Below are positions 11,761 to 25,307 of a stretch of DNA of 64,000 nt, piece after piece. How positions within the stretch are numbered: position 1 is the first letter of the stretch; every line of letters starts with the position of its first letter. The DNA comes from Camelus ferus. Its lineage: Eukaryota. The position numbers and the translations under genes are program-made. The notes beneath the pieces are model-generated. The model had not been told where the DNA came from. It worked only from the letters and a program-made list of their open reading frames with translations, and searched no databases. Location: positions 56,296,001 to 56,360,000 of the forward strand of contig NC_045705.1 in assembly GCF_009834535.1 (NCBI RefSeq), given 5' to 3'.

Positions 11761-13725
11761 CATAAATCTTTTAGTCATAATGTATTGAAATAGATGCTAA
11801 ATTTATAGCAATAACAAAAAAATAAAATTGACACTGCAATGGGTCAAAATTGTAGTAACTAGGTATATGTCACAGTTTTGGATATCAATAAGAATGTAAA
11901 TTATATAGTTCACTGTGATCTTTGAATCAGAGGTAAATGACAAAGAGCTAGTCAAAGCAAGAAACATACCTCTCCCCATCTTCAAATCAGAGAAAATCCT
12001 CACATAAGGCTTATGGATAATACTTGCTCTGAAACAAGGAAAGAATCTTCAAGCACCTACTCAGAGGGAAGAAATAATTCCCAACATCAGTTCAGTTTAA
12101 TGGAAATCAATTCAGTTTAATAAGGTTCAACTAATAATGACTGAATGTGTGCTGTTTGTCAGGAACCATGCTTGATACTGATAATATCAAGATCCTTAAA
12201 CACAAACTGTGATCTTAATGAACTTATTGGCTACTGAGGATCCATGGAAGGCAATCAAGTAATCAGCCAATCGCAGGACCACTGTGATACTGTAATAGAG
12301 TTAGAATGCAAGTTACAGTGAAGGGCATAGACTCTGCTTGGAGTGATCAGGAGGGAAGAATTCAAGGAGTAAGCCACTGCTGGTTTGACCTAATTAGACT
12401 TGTCAAGGAGCTATCTCTGTACACTTTCACCCTGGGGATTTTAGAGGTCAGAGAGTGTCTACTACCCAGATTACAACATAACCACTGCCTTATCCTTTTC
12501 AAAAGTGCACCTCAGGTCTAGAAGAGGCTTTATCTTTAATGACAATTCACTAGCATCTCATTCTGGAGGATGAACTGGATGAAAACATTGTGTTTCTGAT
12601 TCCTAATAGTCAAGAGTCCTCTAACAAAACCTGAACCTCTCAATTAAACACTTTCTCTAGGCAAAGAGGGTAGAAACTGATAAGCATTATGTATCTTGAA
12701 ATCTCATTGTCTCCAATAAACTTAATTCCAAAAAGAAAGGTACAGTCTTAAAGGTACATAGTTAACTCAGTTGTCTATGAAAAATCTCTATAGTTGTAGA
12801 ACATCTATGTATCTTATGGTGTCAGAAAAAAAGGGATCCAGACAATATCTATCTCCTGCATCACCAACATACTATGTCTCTAACCTTGCCACCCCCCATG
12901 GCTGGCCAATAGTCCAGCTGACCAAACCACTTATATCTATGAGAGTCTATGCTGGACTGCAGAGAAAGTCCAAGAATCCTTTCTCTCTCCCCAAGCTCAA
13001 GGATGGAGAACACTGCTATGTATTGGTCATTTTTAAGGACATTCTATCCGCTTACATACAGGAAGATGGGATTTTTCGCTGTGCTATAAGAGAGGGTTAA
13101 CAGTCAAGCACACATGACCTATTTTCTGTCCTTCCTTTGTGCTGCTTCCAATGAAGAGCTTGTGAGTAAAATCAACTTTTAAAGCTCAAGGCCTGGCCTG
13201 AAAAATGTTTGGAGCAAAAGACTCTAGAAATCAGAGAAAACACTTAATAACTGCTGTCACATATTGCAATCCTCCTCTCCTGATTTTTTTTTTTTTTTAT
13301 TCTAGGCTTACTCTGAATCAAGCAAAAAGAGTTACCTTATAGTTCAGCCTGACTTTCTAAGTTGCTTCATTAGATTAGGGGTGAGTAGGGGCAAAGCCTC
13401 ATAGTAAAAGGGGAATTTATTTGTAGGTCGTGCTCTTTATGTGGATATTATTTTCTGAGCACCTTATGGAGAAGTGTGATTGATCCAGACAGTACCTATA
13501 TTCCTGATTCTCCTTGTCAATTAACACTATCTGACTCTATTATCAATAGTCTGTTTAGAAGAACTACCTCATTCTTTTATTGCCTATTATGAGAAGGCTT
13601 TCAAAACTGTATTTTCTTTGTTTCTGTCTTAGAAAAAGTACGGAAAGGAGGGAGATGAGAGTAATAGACCTATATTGAGAGTGTCATTTCAGATCCAGGA
13701 ATAAATACTTTCCAACCAATTCATC

Positions 13726-14661
13726 ATGCACACTCTCAATTCCTCTAAAGTTGAGATCACCACCTTCTTCCTGATTGGCATCCCAGGGCTGGAGCATGTT
13801 CACTTATGGATCTCTGTCCCCATCTCCCTCATGTACCTAGTGGCCATCTTGGGCAACTGTACCATCCTCTTTGTGATCAGGACGGAGCCCTCACTCCACG
13901 CACCCATGTACTACTTCCTTTCCATGTTGGCTGTCTCTGACCTGGGCCTGTCCCTCTCATCCCTCCCCACTATGCTGAGGCTCTTTGTTTTCAATGCTAC
14001 AGGAATTTCCCCAAATGCCTGCTTTGCTCAAGAATTCTTTATCCATGGATTCACAGACATGGAGTCCTCAATGCTCCTGGTCATGTCTTTTGACTGCTTT
14101 TTGGCCATTCACAGCCCTCTGATATACAGCTCCATCCTCACCAATGCCAGAGTGGCCAAAATGGGCCTGGTGTTTCTCATTAAAAGCATGTTCTTAGTGC
14201 TCCCATTTCCTTTCACTCTCAAAAGATTGATCTATTGTAGGAAAAGCCTGCTTTCTTACTCTTATTGTCTCCATCAGGATGTTCTGAAGCTGGCCTGCTC
14301 TGACAACACAGTCAACTTTTTCTATGGTTTCTTTGTTGCCCTCTTTATGATGACAGACAGTGTGTTCATTGCTGTGTCCTATGTATTCATCCTGAAGACT
14401 GTGATGGGAATTGGTTCCCATAAGGAGCGGCTCAAGGCTCTCAACACCTGTGTCTCTCACATCTGTGCAGTGCTTATCTTCTATGTGCCCATCATTGCTT
14501 TGGCCTCCGTGCACCACTTTGGCAAGCACAAGTCCCCAGTGGCCATGGTCCTCATTGCTGACATTTTCTTGCTGGTACCACCTTTGATGAACCCCATCAT
14601 CTACTGTGTGAAGACGTGGCAAATTCGTGAGAAAGTTCTGGGGAAATTGGGTCTAAAATAA
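13726..14661 (+). CDS. Class I olfactory receptor, OR51A subfamily (311 aa, open frame but degenerate motifs)
   Basis: Full-length 7TM ORF: N-glycan sequon NSS, GN in TM1, LHAPMYYFL, MSFDCFLAI (Arg to Cys), KALNTCVSH, PPLMNPIIYCVKT. Candidate splice acceptor tttcag ends at 13692. Clear paralogue of the OR51A7-like gene; its position suggests the human OR51A6P locus (recall only). Confidence 0.9.
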   Translation: MHTLNSSKVEITTFFLIGIPGLEHVHLWISVPISLMYLVAILGNCTILFVIRTEPSLHAPMYYFLSMLAVSDLGLSLSSLPTMLRLFVFNATGISPNACFAQEFFIHGFTDMESSMLLVMSFDCFLAIHSPLIYSSILTNARVAKMGLVFLIKSMFLVLPFPFTLKRLIYCRKSLLSYSYCLHQDVLKLACSDNTVNFFYGFFVALFMMTDSVFIAVSYVFILKTVMGIGSHKERLKALNTCVSHICAVLIFYVPIIALASVHHFGKHKSPVAMVLIADIFLLVPPLMNPIIYCVKTWQIREKVLGKLGLK

Positions 14662-16599
14662 AGGTATGGAGAAAATGAGGCAGGGTCAGCCAGGGTCAGG
14701 GAATAAAAAATACTTTTTGAAGCAAGGTATTATGGATGTTACATTCTTTTCTTTCGTAATCATCCTTCTGGTCAGTACAATACATGGACTGGGCACTGAG
14801 TTTTGCAAGCTTAGGACTGACATGGACATTGACAGGTGTGTGTAGGATAGTTCTGTAATATGATTAGAATCATGAATCAATACAAGGATATGAAATTTTA
14901 GTTACACTGTTTACTAGGATAAGTATACATGGAAGTAGCAGTTGCTCCCTCTTATAAATAATGAATATCAGAGTAGCTGGAGGTTAAGGACGTAACCCCA
15001 AACCAGTTACTGATTTTCTTTCATGAAACCTTCAGACATGGTGTATTTGTTGAGGGGACTTCAGTCAAGTTAATGTGAATTCTTGATTTCCCATTTAAGT
15101 GAAAAATCTATTGTCAAGTATGAGTTGGTTAAAGATTTTCTGCCTTTGCTCTTTTCTTAACAATCAAATCGGGACAATCAGTAATTCTCCTTTACTTTAG
15201 AGCTCTAATAGCCTTGAATCATGATAATAAGCTCTCTCATGCCTTCTTTAATACAGACCAGGTTTTTTTCTCTAACCTACAACAGGGTTCCAGGTAGTCA
15301 TAGCTACTAAAAGGAGAACAGAGGGACAATTCTCCTATTGGTAAGAAATAGGAATCCTACTAGCACAGTAATTTTTAAAGCACCAATATTATTGATTAAT
15401 TGCCCTAAAATATATGTTCTAAAATAATGGTTTTCATGCTTGTTTCAATACTTGGTATTTTCATGTTTGGTAGTTGGCATTAAATTACATTAAACAAGCT
15501 AGTAATAATTTTAAACTAGCAGAAAAAATGACTGTATATTAAGCAATATAAAATCATATTCATGCAGATATAGTTCCATTTTTTAAAAGATAAATAGCCA
15601 ACTAAAGATGATTGGCTATCTCAAATTATTTCCTATAAATTCATTTGTTTCTTGTTCACCTTTTATTTATGGGTATTAAGTAGGGGACAAAGGTATAAAG
15701 TGTAAAATTTAGAATAAGCTAGCCAGTCGTTCACAATTTGTACTGTGGAAGTCAAAGAAAATTATTGTTAATAAATTTCAATGTTCTACTTCCTAAGTTG
15801 AACTCACAAATTGTATTATTGTGTTCCAAAGAACCATTTTGAAGAAGTTGTTCTCTGATGGCTAAACATTCATGTAGATTTGATGTCCCCAGGTGAGTTT
15901 CAATGAGTTCTTGTTGTTCAGTAGCTGACGTTTTGACGTCCCCAGCTTAATCAGGAAAGGGGAGAACAGCCTTTTGTACCTCCTCCCAGTTTTTATTACT
16001 CAGTTCCTTCTCTGTGGCCCCTAACACTCTCCAATTATGTTATGATTATTAGTTCACATGTCTGTCTCTCTTAGTTGTATTTTATTTCCTAAAATAACTG
16101 CATACAGCAAATTTATTGACATATCACCAGTACTTGTTCTGTGCACATAAAGGATATCTGGATAGTAGTCTGACACGTTTCCCAATTCCTTTTGGAAAAA
16201 AAGCAATCAGAACAACAGAAATAAAAGCTTTGACAATTCATAATATGATGATAAACTACAAGTACACAAAAGAACATCAGGAATGATAGAAAACCTATGG
16301 CCAAAATCTGTAAAGAGTAACTATCATTTTAAGTCAAAGAAGCTGCCCTAAAAACAGTTCATGCTCTGTTTAACCACAAGAAAAAGCAAATACATTGCCA
16401 TGAAAAAACATGAGGAAGAATACTTATTCTCTTTTGAGCATTTGCCCTTAACTCAGAAATTAAAATCTTTACAATGGCTCAAGTCATAAGATGTCAGTAG
16501 ATGTCATTTCTCTATCAAAGAGTGAATAGGTTTCAAATTTTCTGTTTTCCTCAATTTCCAATCAAGCATACAGTAGCATGTATTTAGGAATTTACCAAA

Positions 16600-17130
16600 A
16601 TAATCCTAAAAATAGATTTATAAGAGTAAACTGGAGAATATAAGATAAAAATAAACAGAAATTATAATAAAGCTCTGTAAGAAAGTGACGTTTATTAAAC
16701 AGCTATAAATTGTGTGTAGTTTGCTTAACAAATCAGTGGTAAGAACAAGGAACTATAACAAACACACTACAATATACCATACATGATATGAAAACTTAAC
16801 ATATAATTAAGGAATATCAGACCGTGATTGAAAATAGATTGATTATTCAAATAATAGTAGTAGAAATAATTAGCACCTATTGAGAAAATATATTTGTGTG
16901 TGATCTTTTATCATACACAAAAATGAACTAAAATAAATTAAGAATTAAGTACAAAGGAAAATTTTAAATCTCCATAAATATAAATAAATAACATCATCTC
17001 TGGATGGGAATAATTTACTAAGGAAATAGCAAAAATGGAAAAGCAGAAATGAAAAGTGTTATACATTTGTATTGAAAAGCAATTAGGTATATGAATAACA
17101 TTTAAATAGTTATAATTTAGAAGACAATAA
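16600..17130 (+). mobile_element. Old L1ME-like ORF2 3' fragment
   Basis: A-rich decayed L1 signature (gattattcaaataa, atcatacacaaaaatgaact). Confidence 0.55.
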
Positions 17131-18287
17131 TGGGATATACTCAGTGTTGACCAGGTACCAGACGTTGGGCTATATATTTACCTGTATTAACCCCACTAAT
17201 TTTTGGCAAGAATGTAGGAAGGTAGATTTCATCAGATTGAGAAATTAAAGCTTTGAGAAATTCAACAACTTTTCCAAGGACACAGAGCTATAGTGTTAGA
17301 AACTTGAATCTAACCCAGGCAGTGTGCTTCCAGAGCCTACAAACTTTTCCACTAAATTTAATAATTCACATTCTAGATGTGATCAAATATGTATTTATAA
17401 GAATATATTTTCAGGGTTATTTGCTATGATAAAAATACTATAAACTACTGAAATAAATAATAGGAAATGTAACATAAACCATGATGTACATATAATATTA
17501 AATATTATTTACCCATGCAACACAGCATCAGCAAATAAGTGGTTAAGCACTATATAAGATGCTAAGGATTAAATAAAACATAAATCTTAGGTCTACTATC
17601 AAGGAGCATATAGTCTGGAGGTGGAGAGAAAAAACAGATAATTAACTTCACTGAGTAAAGTATGGTAAGTTTAAGCACACATATAAAAAAGCACAAATGA
17701 AAAAATGGCAATTTGCCTACTTTATTGAAGAATCAGAGGAAAACTTCCTGGAGAAAGTTAAGTCTAATGTAAAATATGATTTAATAGAGAATAATGATTA
17801 ATGACAGGCAAATAAGTAAGATACACATTCATATGTACACTATTATTTTTGTTTATAAATATAAACTGTGTGTGCATATATGTTGGCTTATTAAAAAAAG
17901 ATTAAGGCATAAATCATATAATTCTCATTGACAGGATTGTGAATGATTTTTCTGTCTTTTAATACTTTTCTATATTTCTCAATATAGTCACAAAATTTTA
18001 ATTGTATATAAATATATATACATATATGACATTTATAATCAAAAAACCCTCCAAATATATTAAATGCATGGCTTGAATAACAACAAAGTGCAAAATCATG
18101 TCCTAATAGCAATTACTATAAAGTACTCTGATGAACATGTTTTTGGCATTGAGCAGGCGATTTTGGCTTTGAGCAGTTGCATTTTTGAGTCAGATATGAA
18201 AAGTACATTTGGAGAACTAAAAGATTAACACACATGTGGCGCATTGCCTTCAATACTGACCATCATAAAACTGGAAGAATGACTACA

Positions 18288-18592
18288 CATTTCCATAATT
18301 ACTCATCCAAAATCCTTGGAATTGAATTCAGAATTTTTTATACTTTAAAAAGATCCTATAACCCTTGAGGAATTATCCTGTATTCTAGCACAACTGTATC
18401 ACTGAAATCAAATGTGTTAATATTCACTCAGTGGGAAATAAATAATGACCATAAATATAGTCATAGCAGTCCATGTTAGCTTTATTGTTTGCTGCCAATA
18501 TATTTTCATATCAGATTTGTGAAAATGAAAAAAAAAGGACATGTTTTTCCAGTTGTTTTTAAACTTATGAATTGTGAATAGCAGTATGGATC
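18288..18592 (+). mobile_element. MER46C-like (TcMar-Tigger) relic
   Basis: tcatccaaaatccttgg...gaattcagaattttt...aatattcactcagtgggaataaataa...tgctgccaa...gaattgtgaata. Confidence 0.6.
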
Positions 18593-20818
18593 CTCAAAGA
18601 AAAAATTTTAGAAAGGTCTCCAAAGAAGCAATTAAAAAGCCATGGATATTGTTGAAAACTGGTGAGGGAAATTTTGATGGTTAGATTAGGGTGCGGCCTG
18701 GGCTGTATTCTCTGCCACAGGTTGGTTGCAGGCTTAGAGTCTCTGCTGTAGTGTGATACTCTGTAAGGAAAATTATTTTTTCTTCCCTGTTTCATAGTTC
18801 TTCCTTTCTATTGGCCTTTCTTAGCTGCTATATAAGCCTCCTTTCTTCTCTAGGTGCAGTAATGTCTGGGCTCAAAACCATAAATACTGAAAAATATCAT
18901 TTGGCATTTTATGTCATTTCCTGGAGTCCTCAGAGAGTACCATGTAACCTCATCTATAAAATGTCCAATTTTGTGAGCATTTTCTCTGCCTCACCCTTAT
19001 CCTTCCAACCTTTATCTAACTTCACATATTGAAATTTATAAATTCTTTTACTTAAGTCTCTTTCCTTAAGATGGTTTTATTCTGGGCTTACTAATAGGCT
19101 GCTTGACTAATAAAAGTCTTCTATCCTTAATCCTTTTTCTGCAACAAGGTATAGACGTTCTATGTCTATAGCTAGATGCATCTTGTGACTCTTAAACTTT
19201 TACATAATAGTTGTATTTTATTCTGTTGAAGGAGTTAGAACCAAAGAGACACTTATTAGGCAGCAACATGAGCACAGAGAATTGAAATCTGAAATACTGA
19301 ATTGTGATGTAATGAAATACAAAGACTTCCCACAAAGTGCATGAGGCCAAGAGAGGTTCTGGTTGTGATACTGGCCTTGGAGGCTCAAAAACTGAGTGTT
19401 ATTTCCAATTGCAGTACTTTCTGGATGGCCATACATTGGTCTTTCTCCACTTAAAATACTGGCTTCGGCCACACGCATGTGTGATGTTTAACCTACCCCA
19501 GGGAGATAGCAAAGAACCCAAATATGCTGTATAAAAGAGAAAACCATACAAATAAGGTTCACAATAGTGGATATTACTGTTAAGGGTTAGAGAAAAGGGG
19601 ATTGGGGCTTAGGCAAAGCAGAGTCACGGATTTGTCAGTGCTTGAGCTGAGCAGAAAACCAAGGCAAAGAAACCAGAATTTATGTGTTCCCTGACCACTG
19701 GGAATAAGAAGTTGATATAGGGAGAGGAGACAGGTGGCTCTGATCAGAATATCTGCTTGGTCCATGGAGCTCAAATATGAATTTCTGAGGGGAACTGAAA
19801 TTTCATAACTCTGTGTATGAAATAGAAGTTAGGAGAAGTCTCCTAATTTCCTGTCAACCCTGTCCTGAGGTTACTTCTTCCCAAAATAACTATTGTTAAT
19901 AGAGGTAATCCAAAGATTTCATATTAAAAAGCATCAAAATCACTGTGCAATTCTGTAGTAACAATTACACCAAAAGTTCGAGGAACCTAACAGCTAGGTA
20001 AAATATTAACTCAAGAAACAGGGGCAAATGGAGAAAAGGTACAGTCCTGAGGCAGAGTCGACACTGAAGAGGGGCTCTGGGATCAGAATCAGAGCAGTAA
20101 GGCTATCTAGGCAATGGGAAAAATTATAACAAGCAATGTGTGATCTTATAAATTGGATTCATTGGAGGCATAACAAATAGCGATTAGAACTGGGAAAGTT
20201 TCACTTTTGCTAAAGAGGAAAAGGATTAAAGAGAAAAAAAACAGAGATTCAGGGAGTGTATCCCTAAGGAGGCAGGGCTCTCTAGAGGTGATTCTAGGAA
20301 ATGAAACCACGTGCAGAATTTCCCAGAACTTTAAATTACAAATCTCTATATGTGAGCCCTTGCTCACACGTGTAACCCTTCCGTCTATGAGCTTAGGGAA
20401 AAAAATTTCTTCAATCCCCCCTGGGAAATTTGACCACAGAAATAAATGATTTTGTTCAGCTGAGTGCAAAAATAAAATTATTGGCATTTGCTTTGGGTCT
20501 AAGAACTACCTTTTTTAAAGCAGATAATTCAATTGTTTACCTGGAATGAAATGATCTTATTGTGCTTTTAATATGCACAGGTGCTCATGTAATTGTTTTA
20601 AATGTTTGAGGGACATATACATAATTAATCTGGTTTTGAATTGTTGTTGGTTCACTTGTTTGAACTTTTTGATAAACGTAGGGGAAAATTATTCTCATTT
20701 TCTTGCTCCTATAATTTAATTGAGATTGTCTTAGTAACCACAATGTCTAAGGGTGACATGGACACAGATCCCTCTCCTATGTAATTATAATTTATGTGCT
20801 GACATAATTTTCTCTCCT

Positions 20819-21802
20819 TCAATACCACGGTCCTCTAAGACGCCTCAACTGGCGGCCCCGTGAACCTTTAGAGTGAAGCAGCTGGAGCATGGCCCGGCGA
20901 ATGGTCTTGGTCTTCAAACTGTAAATGATAGGGTTCAGTACAGGTGGTAAGAGCAAGTAAATATTGGCCAAAATGCTACAGATCACCCTTGGAGTGGAGT
21001 TAAGGAGGCGGTGTGTAAAGGACAGGCTGATCATTGGCACATAGAAAACAGTGACAGCACAGATGTGACAGACACAAGTGTTGAGAGCTTTTTGTTGCTT
21101 CTTAGGGGCCACGATGCTCAGGATAGTGCGGATAATCAGGACATAGGAGAAGAGGATGAACAGTAAGTCAGTACCAGTCAGGTAGAGCTGGAGAAACATG
21201 CCCAAAAAGCTGCTGAGCCAGGAGTTGGAATATGTGTATCTGATTATATCTGGGTGGTAACAAAAAGGATGGGCAAGTTCTTGGCCTCCATGGAAAGCTA
21301 CACCCTTCAAGGCTAGAACCACAGGAAAGATGTAAATTACTTGCCGCAGGCAGATGACCAGTCCAATCACCATGATTATCCTGTCTTTGAGGACAGTGGT
21401 ATATTTCAGAGGGTTACAGATAGCCATGAACCGGTCAAAGGCCATTACTGCAAGCACTGAGGACTCCAGGAAGGAGAAGGCATGTACAAAGAACATTTGA
21501 GTGAGGCAGGCTTTAAAACTGATCTCCCGGGCATGAAACCAGAGAACTCCAAGCACAGTGGGGAGGGTTGAGATGGCCAGACACAGATCAGCGGCTGACA
21601 GCATGGAGAGGAAGTAGTACATGGGCTTGTGGAGACGCCGCTCAACAGCGATGACTAACAGGATCGAGCTATTTCCCAAAAGAGCAATGATGTAGAGACA
21701 GCAGACAGGGATGGAGATCCAGATGTGAGCAAGTTCCATCCCAGGGAATGCAGTGAGGAGGAATGAGGAGGGGGAGGATGTGGTATTATTGAAAATTGCC
21801 AT
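20819..21802 (-). CDS. OR51T1: Olfactory receptor OR51T1 (327 aa)
   Basis: ATG at 21802 (MAIFNNTTSS) in cacaccATG, 19 nt after a polypyrimidine/AG acceptor (tctcttttcag, AG at 21823-21822). Motifs LHKPMYYFL, MAFDRFMAICNPLKY and PPVLNPIIYSLKT. The distinctive FHGGQELAHPFCYHP loop and basic tail match human OR51T1 as recalled. Confidence 0.93.
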   Translation of the reverse strand: MAIFNNTTSSPSSFLLTAFPGMELAHIWISIPVCCLYIIALLGNSSILLVIAVERRLHKPMYYFLSMLSAADLCLAISTLPTVLGVLWFHAREISFKACLTQMFFVHAFSFLESSVLAVMAFDRFMAICNPLKYTTVLKDRIIMVIGLVICLRQVIYIFPVVLALKGVAFHGGQELAHPFCYHPDIIRYTYSNSWLSSFLGMFLQLYLTGTDLLFILFSYVLIIRTILSIVAPKKQQKALNTCVCHICAVTVFYVPMISLSFTHRLLNSTPRVICSILANIYLLLPPVLNPIIYSLKTKTIRRAMLQLLHSKGSRGRQLRRLRGPWY

Positions 21803-24800
21803 GGTGTGCTGAGGACACACCCTGAAAAGAGAGACAACAATTATCGTATTTGTCATATCGATCCTTTTTTCAAGAACTAACTCTTTTATAAACTCTTTCC
21901 AAATTACACAATGTTTCTTGGTATTCAAAATCCCCAATTTAATTAAGGTAGCTATCACCTAAGTCTATAGTATTTTGAATTTTTCTTGTCAGACCTGGTC
22001 CATTTTTCTTCCTCTACCCTATCCCAATTCTAACATTAATCTCTCTAGGCTCATCCCCACCCTATTGCCCAGACTAACTGTGACTCAAAGTAGCAAATGC
22101 TTATAGACTGATGCCACACACGTGCACAAACATCAATAAAACAACTGCTATTACAACTGTTGGGTCTTTGTGTGAAATCTGCAAGCTATATTATTTGCTT
22201 CAGAAATAATGGAGAAGCACTTAAGAGCCACTGGGCACCTTTGATAGCATCCTTCATAATGTTCTTGCTGGATGGTGGCCTGGGATATTGTATCCAGAAA
22301 TATCGTTGTACATGAATCATTAGCGATTCTCTCCCTGTAGATTCCAGATCTACCCAGCTCAATAACTTAGTGATCCAAAGGTTAGCATCTCTGGTTACTG
22401 GCATCAGTAAGGTATAGACCCATTCTCTTCATTTACCAATCCCCACCTTCTGTTCATTTCTCAACACTGAAATTTATTCTCTCTGCAAACTGGATCCTGC
22501 CCTGACAGCTCCAGGCTTATAATAACCTGAAACTTCCCCTCTGCTTCTAAACCTCTGCACCTCTTTATGCTTGGATCTTTCATTTGACACAATAATGAGT
22601 CACAGTTGATATTGGTAACTTATACATGCAAGCACCATCTCCTTTTTCTGCCTGGAGTGTGAGTTCCTTAAAAGTCTGGATGTGCCTGTTTTTCTTCTCT
22701 CAGTGCCAGCTACTAAAGAAGGATCTGGAATAATAGAAATCTTCAATTAATGTTAACTGCTTTCTGAATGATCTTGGCCACTGGGAGAGAGTTCTGAGTT
22801 CTGTCTCTTTTTCTCTTCCTTCCTCTCTTCCATTCCCTCACGTCCTCCATCTCCCTGTCTCAATTTCTTCTAGGCTCCTTGGAACCCCTCTATTTCAGGC
22901 ACCCCTCTATTTCTTCATCCCGCCTTATTGGTAGCCTCTGTCATTTCATTGCTCTTCTCCTTTCTCACTTTTTAATCCCTTCCCCATCTGTTCCTTTCCA
23001 TTTATGCACTCTTCTTACCTGCTCACGTTGGCAGGAAATACCACCAACTTCTCTGCAGTACTGCCGCAGACCTTGGAGACTAAGCCAGCTCCCAAGAGTG
23101 GAGGCTTTATAGAAAGCTTAGTAGAGTCACCAGGCAACAGAGGGCTATCTTCATTAGAGAGTGTACTGGTTGGATCAAGAGTTATGGCGCCCATAAAAAT
23201 ATGTTCCTCTTCAACAGCTCAGACACATCTCCCTGACACAGCTTCAGACCTGCTTCCGGGCCCAAGCAGACCCCATACATCAGGGGCTGTAAGCAAAGCC
23301 CGGGCCCTGGGGGCTGACAGTAATGGGTATCTTCAAACACTGCCTGCCTGGGTCAGATAACTACAACCATTCCTCTTCACCCCGCCTTAGGCTACCCATT
23401 CTCAGCCAGGGAGGCTTCCTGAATGTCAGAGCAGGATCAGGAGAGTGCACAGAGTCATCCTTCTGTTCTCAGCTCCAGCATGTACTTTTCCTAACAAGTC
23501 TCACTGTCCTCCTTGCCAGTCCCATGTTCCTCCTCCTACCCAGGAACCCTTTCTAAGAAGCCACCTTATTAATGGAGTCACAGCTGCAGCCCACCTACCC
23601 TTGTACGCGTAATTCAACTAGCATTTGATGAACTCATGATGTGTGCCAAAAATCACACTACACTCTTGAAATACATTGTTGTATTTTGTATATTCATTTA
23701 TCATCATGCTTATGGGTTAAGTATTGTTATCCATTATTTCACAGGTGAGGAAATTGAAACTCAGAATAGTCTTGAATAACTGTACCCTTCGAAGAGTTAG
23801 CAAGTTACACAGCTGGTATTCAAGCCCTTACTCTAAACCTCTTAATCTTAACCAATATGCTATACCCCCTTCCATGGCCAACTGCTCCCACTCATACCTT
23901 CAGAAGATGTGGCTGTAACCCATGGTCTTCAATCTATCCATCCCGTAGAGTGCTTGATTCCCAACTACATGCTCACATTCTGGTTTTAGCCTCATGTGGA
24001 CCAGAGTCCATCTCTCCATAGTAGGCAGTACATTAATAATTCTTACTGTATCTAATGATCCCTGACTTTTTATCCTTCTCGAAACACTTTCCATCCATAT
24101 TTTTGTTATATCCTTATCAGACACACTTGAGCAAAGATGCCTGTCTCAATGAGTATCTAGAGAGATTAAGTAACCAAAAAAGTATGCAGCAAGTAATGTT
24201 TAGATTCATATGTAAATACCATCCTTTTCCACTGGTTCTCATTAGTGAAAATGAGTGGCTCTGGAAATGTCAAATGAGACTTACTAATATTAAGTGAGAC
24301 AGAAGAGTCAGGAAGTATGAGATCAATCTTGAAAAAATACAGTTTTCACTCACTCGTTACTTCAAGTACATATAGAGTATCTACCATATCTTCTGAACTA
24401 TTTTAAGTACAAACTTGGAATAGACTAATGTAATATAAAAAGTCTCTGTTCTTATGAAGTATATAGAATAGCAGGGAAGACATACTGTTAGGTAACTATA
24501 GTATACACACTGTGAGAAACTCTAACATAATAAAGGGCATGTCAGAAAAGTGTCCTGAATAGAAATAAAGTTGAAATTGAAATCTAAAACTTATATAGAG
24601 ATCCATATTTTTCCAGCTCACTGAATGCACCATTCTCTCTTACTTTTCACTTGCTATTTTCTTTTTAATATTCTTCTCTCCTGCTGCTAGCCCATTACAC
24701 ATGCATACCGTATTTTTATAAAATGTCCTCAAAGAACATATAAATAAATGCAAAAGGCAAAAAAAAAAAAAAAGTCCTATGTTCAGCATTGAATACCAGA

Positions 24801-24849
24801 GTGATTATAATGGAACAAAAACAATCTGGGAACTTTTTCTTGAATAAGT

Positions 24850-25205
24850 TGTTAAAGAATGGTATATAATGGAATACTACTCAGAAATGAAAATAAACTA
24901 CCAATATACACAACAATATGGGTGAATCTCAAATGCATTACACTCAGAAGCCAGACATAGAAAACTACAAATTGCAGGGTCCATGACTCTCTGGAAAAAG
25001 AAGTATAGGCATGGAAAACAAATCAGTGCTTCTTGGGGTTGGCATGAATAGAGAGGTTGACTACAAAGCATTAGCATGAGGGAGTTTAGGGGGCTGATGT
25101 TATTTTTCTATATCTTTGTGTCAGTGATGGTTACTCTGCATTTGTGTAAACTTAAAAGAACTATATACAAAACCAGTGAATTTTATTTCATATAAATGTT
25201 GAAAA
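24850..25205 (+). mobile_element. L1MC/MD-like 3' end
   Basis: aatggaatactactcagaaatgaaaa...gggtgaatctcaaatgcatta...gatggttac...gtgaatttta. Confidence 0.75.
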
Positions 25206-25307
25206 GTTGTTATATACTGTTTCGAGAAAATTCATATTTTATCAAGCTAAGAAAAATTATTGCTTTCATCAAAACGATTATGCAATGGCATATCATACCC
25301 ATTAGAT

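Noticed and set aside
14194-14622. Antisense or alternate-frame ORFs over OR genes (also 5139-5360, 35829-36170, 36100-36342, 44299-44493)
   Set aside because: Shadow ORFs produced by OR codon bias.
21803-21958. 52-aa N-terminal extension of the OR51T1 ORF (379 aa in the track)
   Set aside because: It runs through a clear polypyrimidine/AG acceptor at 21823-21822, so it is most likely intron. The 327-aa form has the usual OR length and sequon position.
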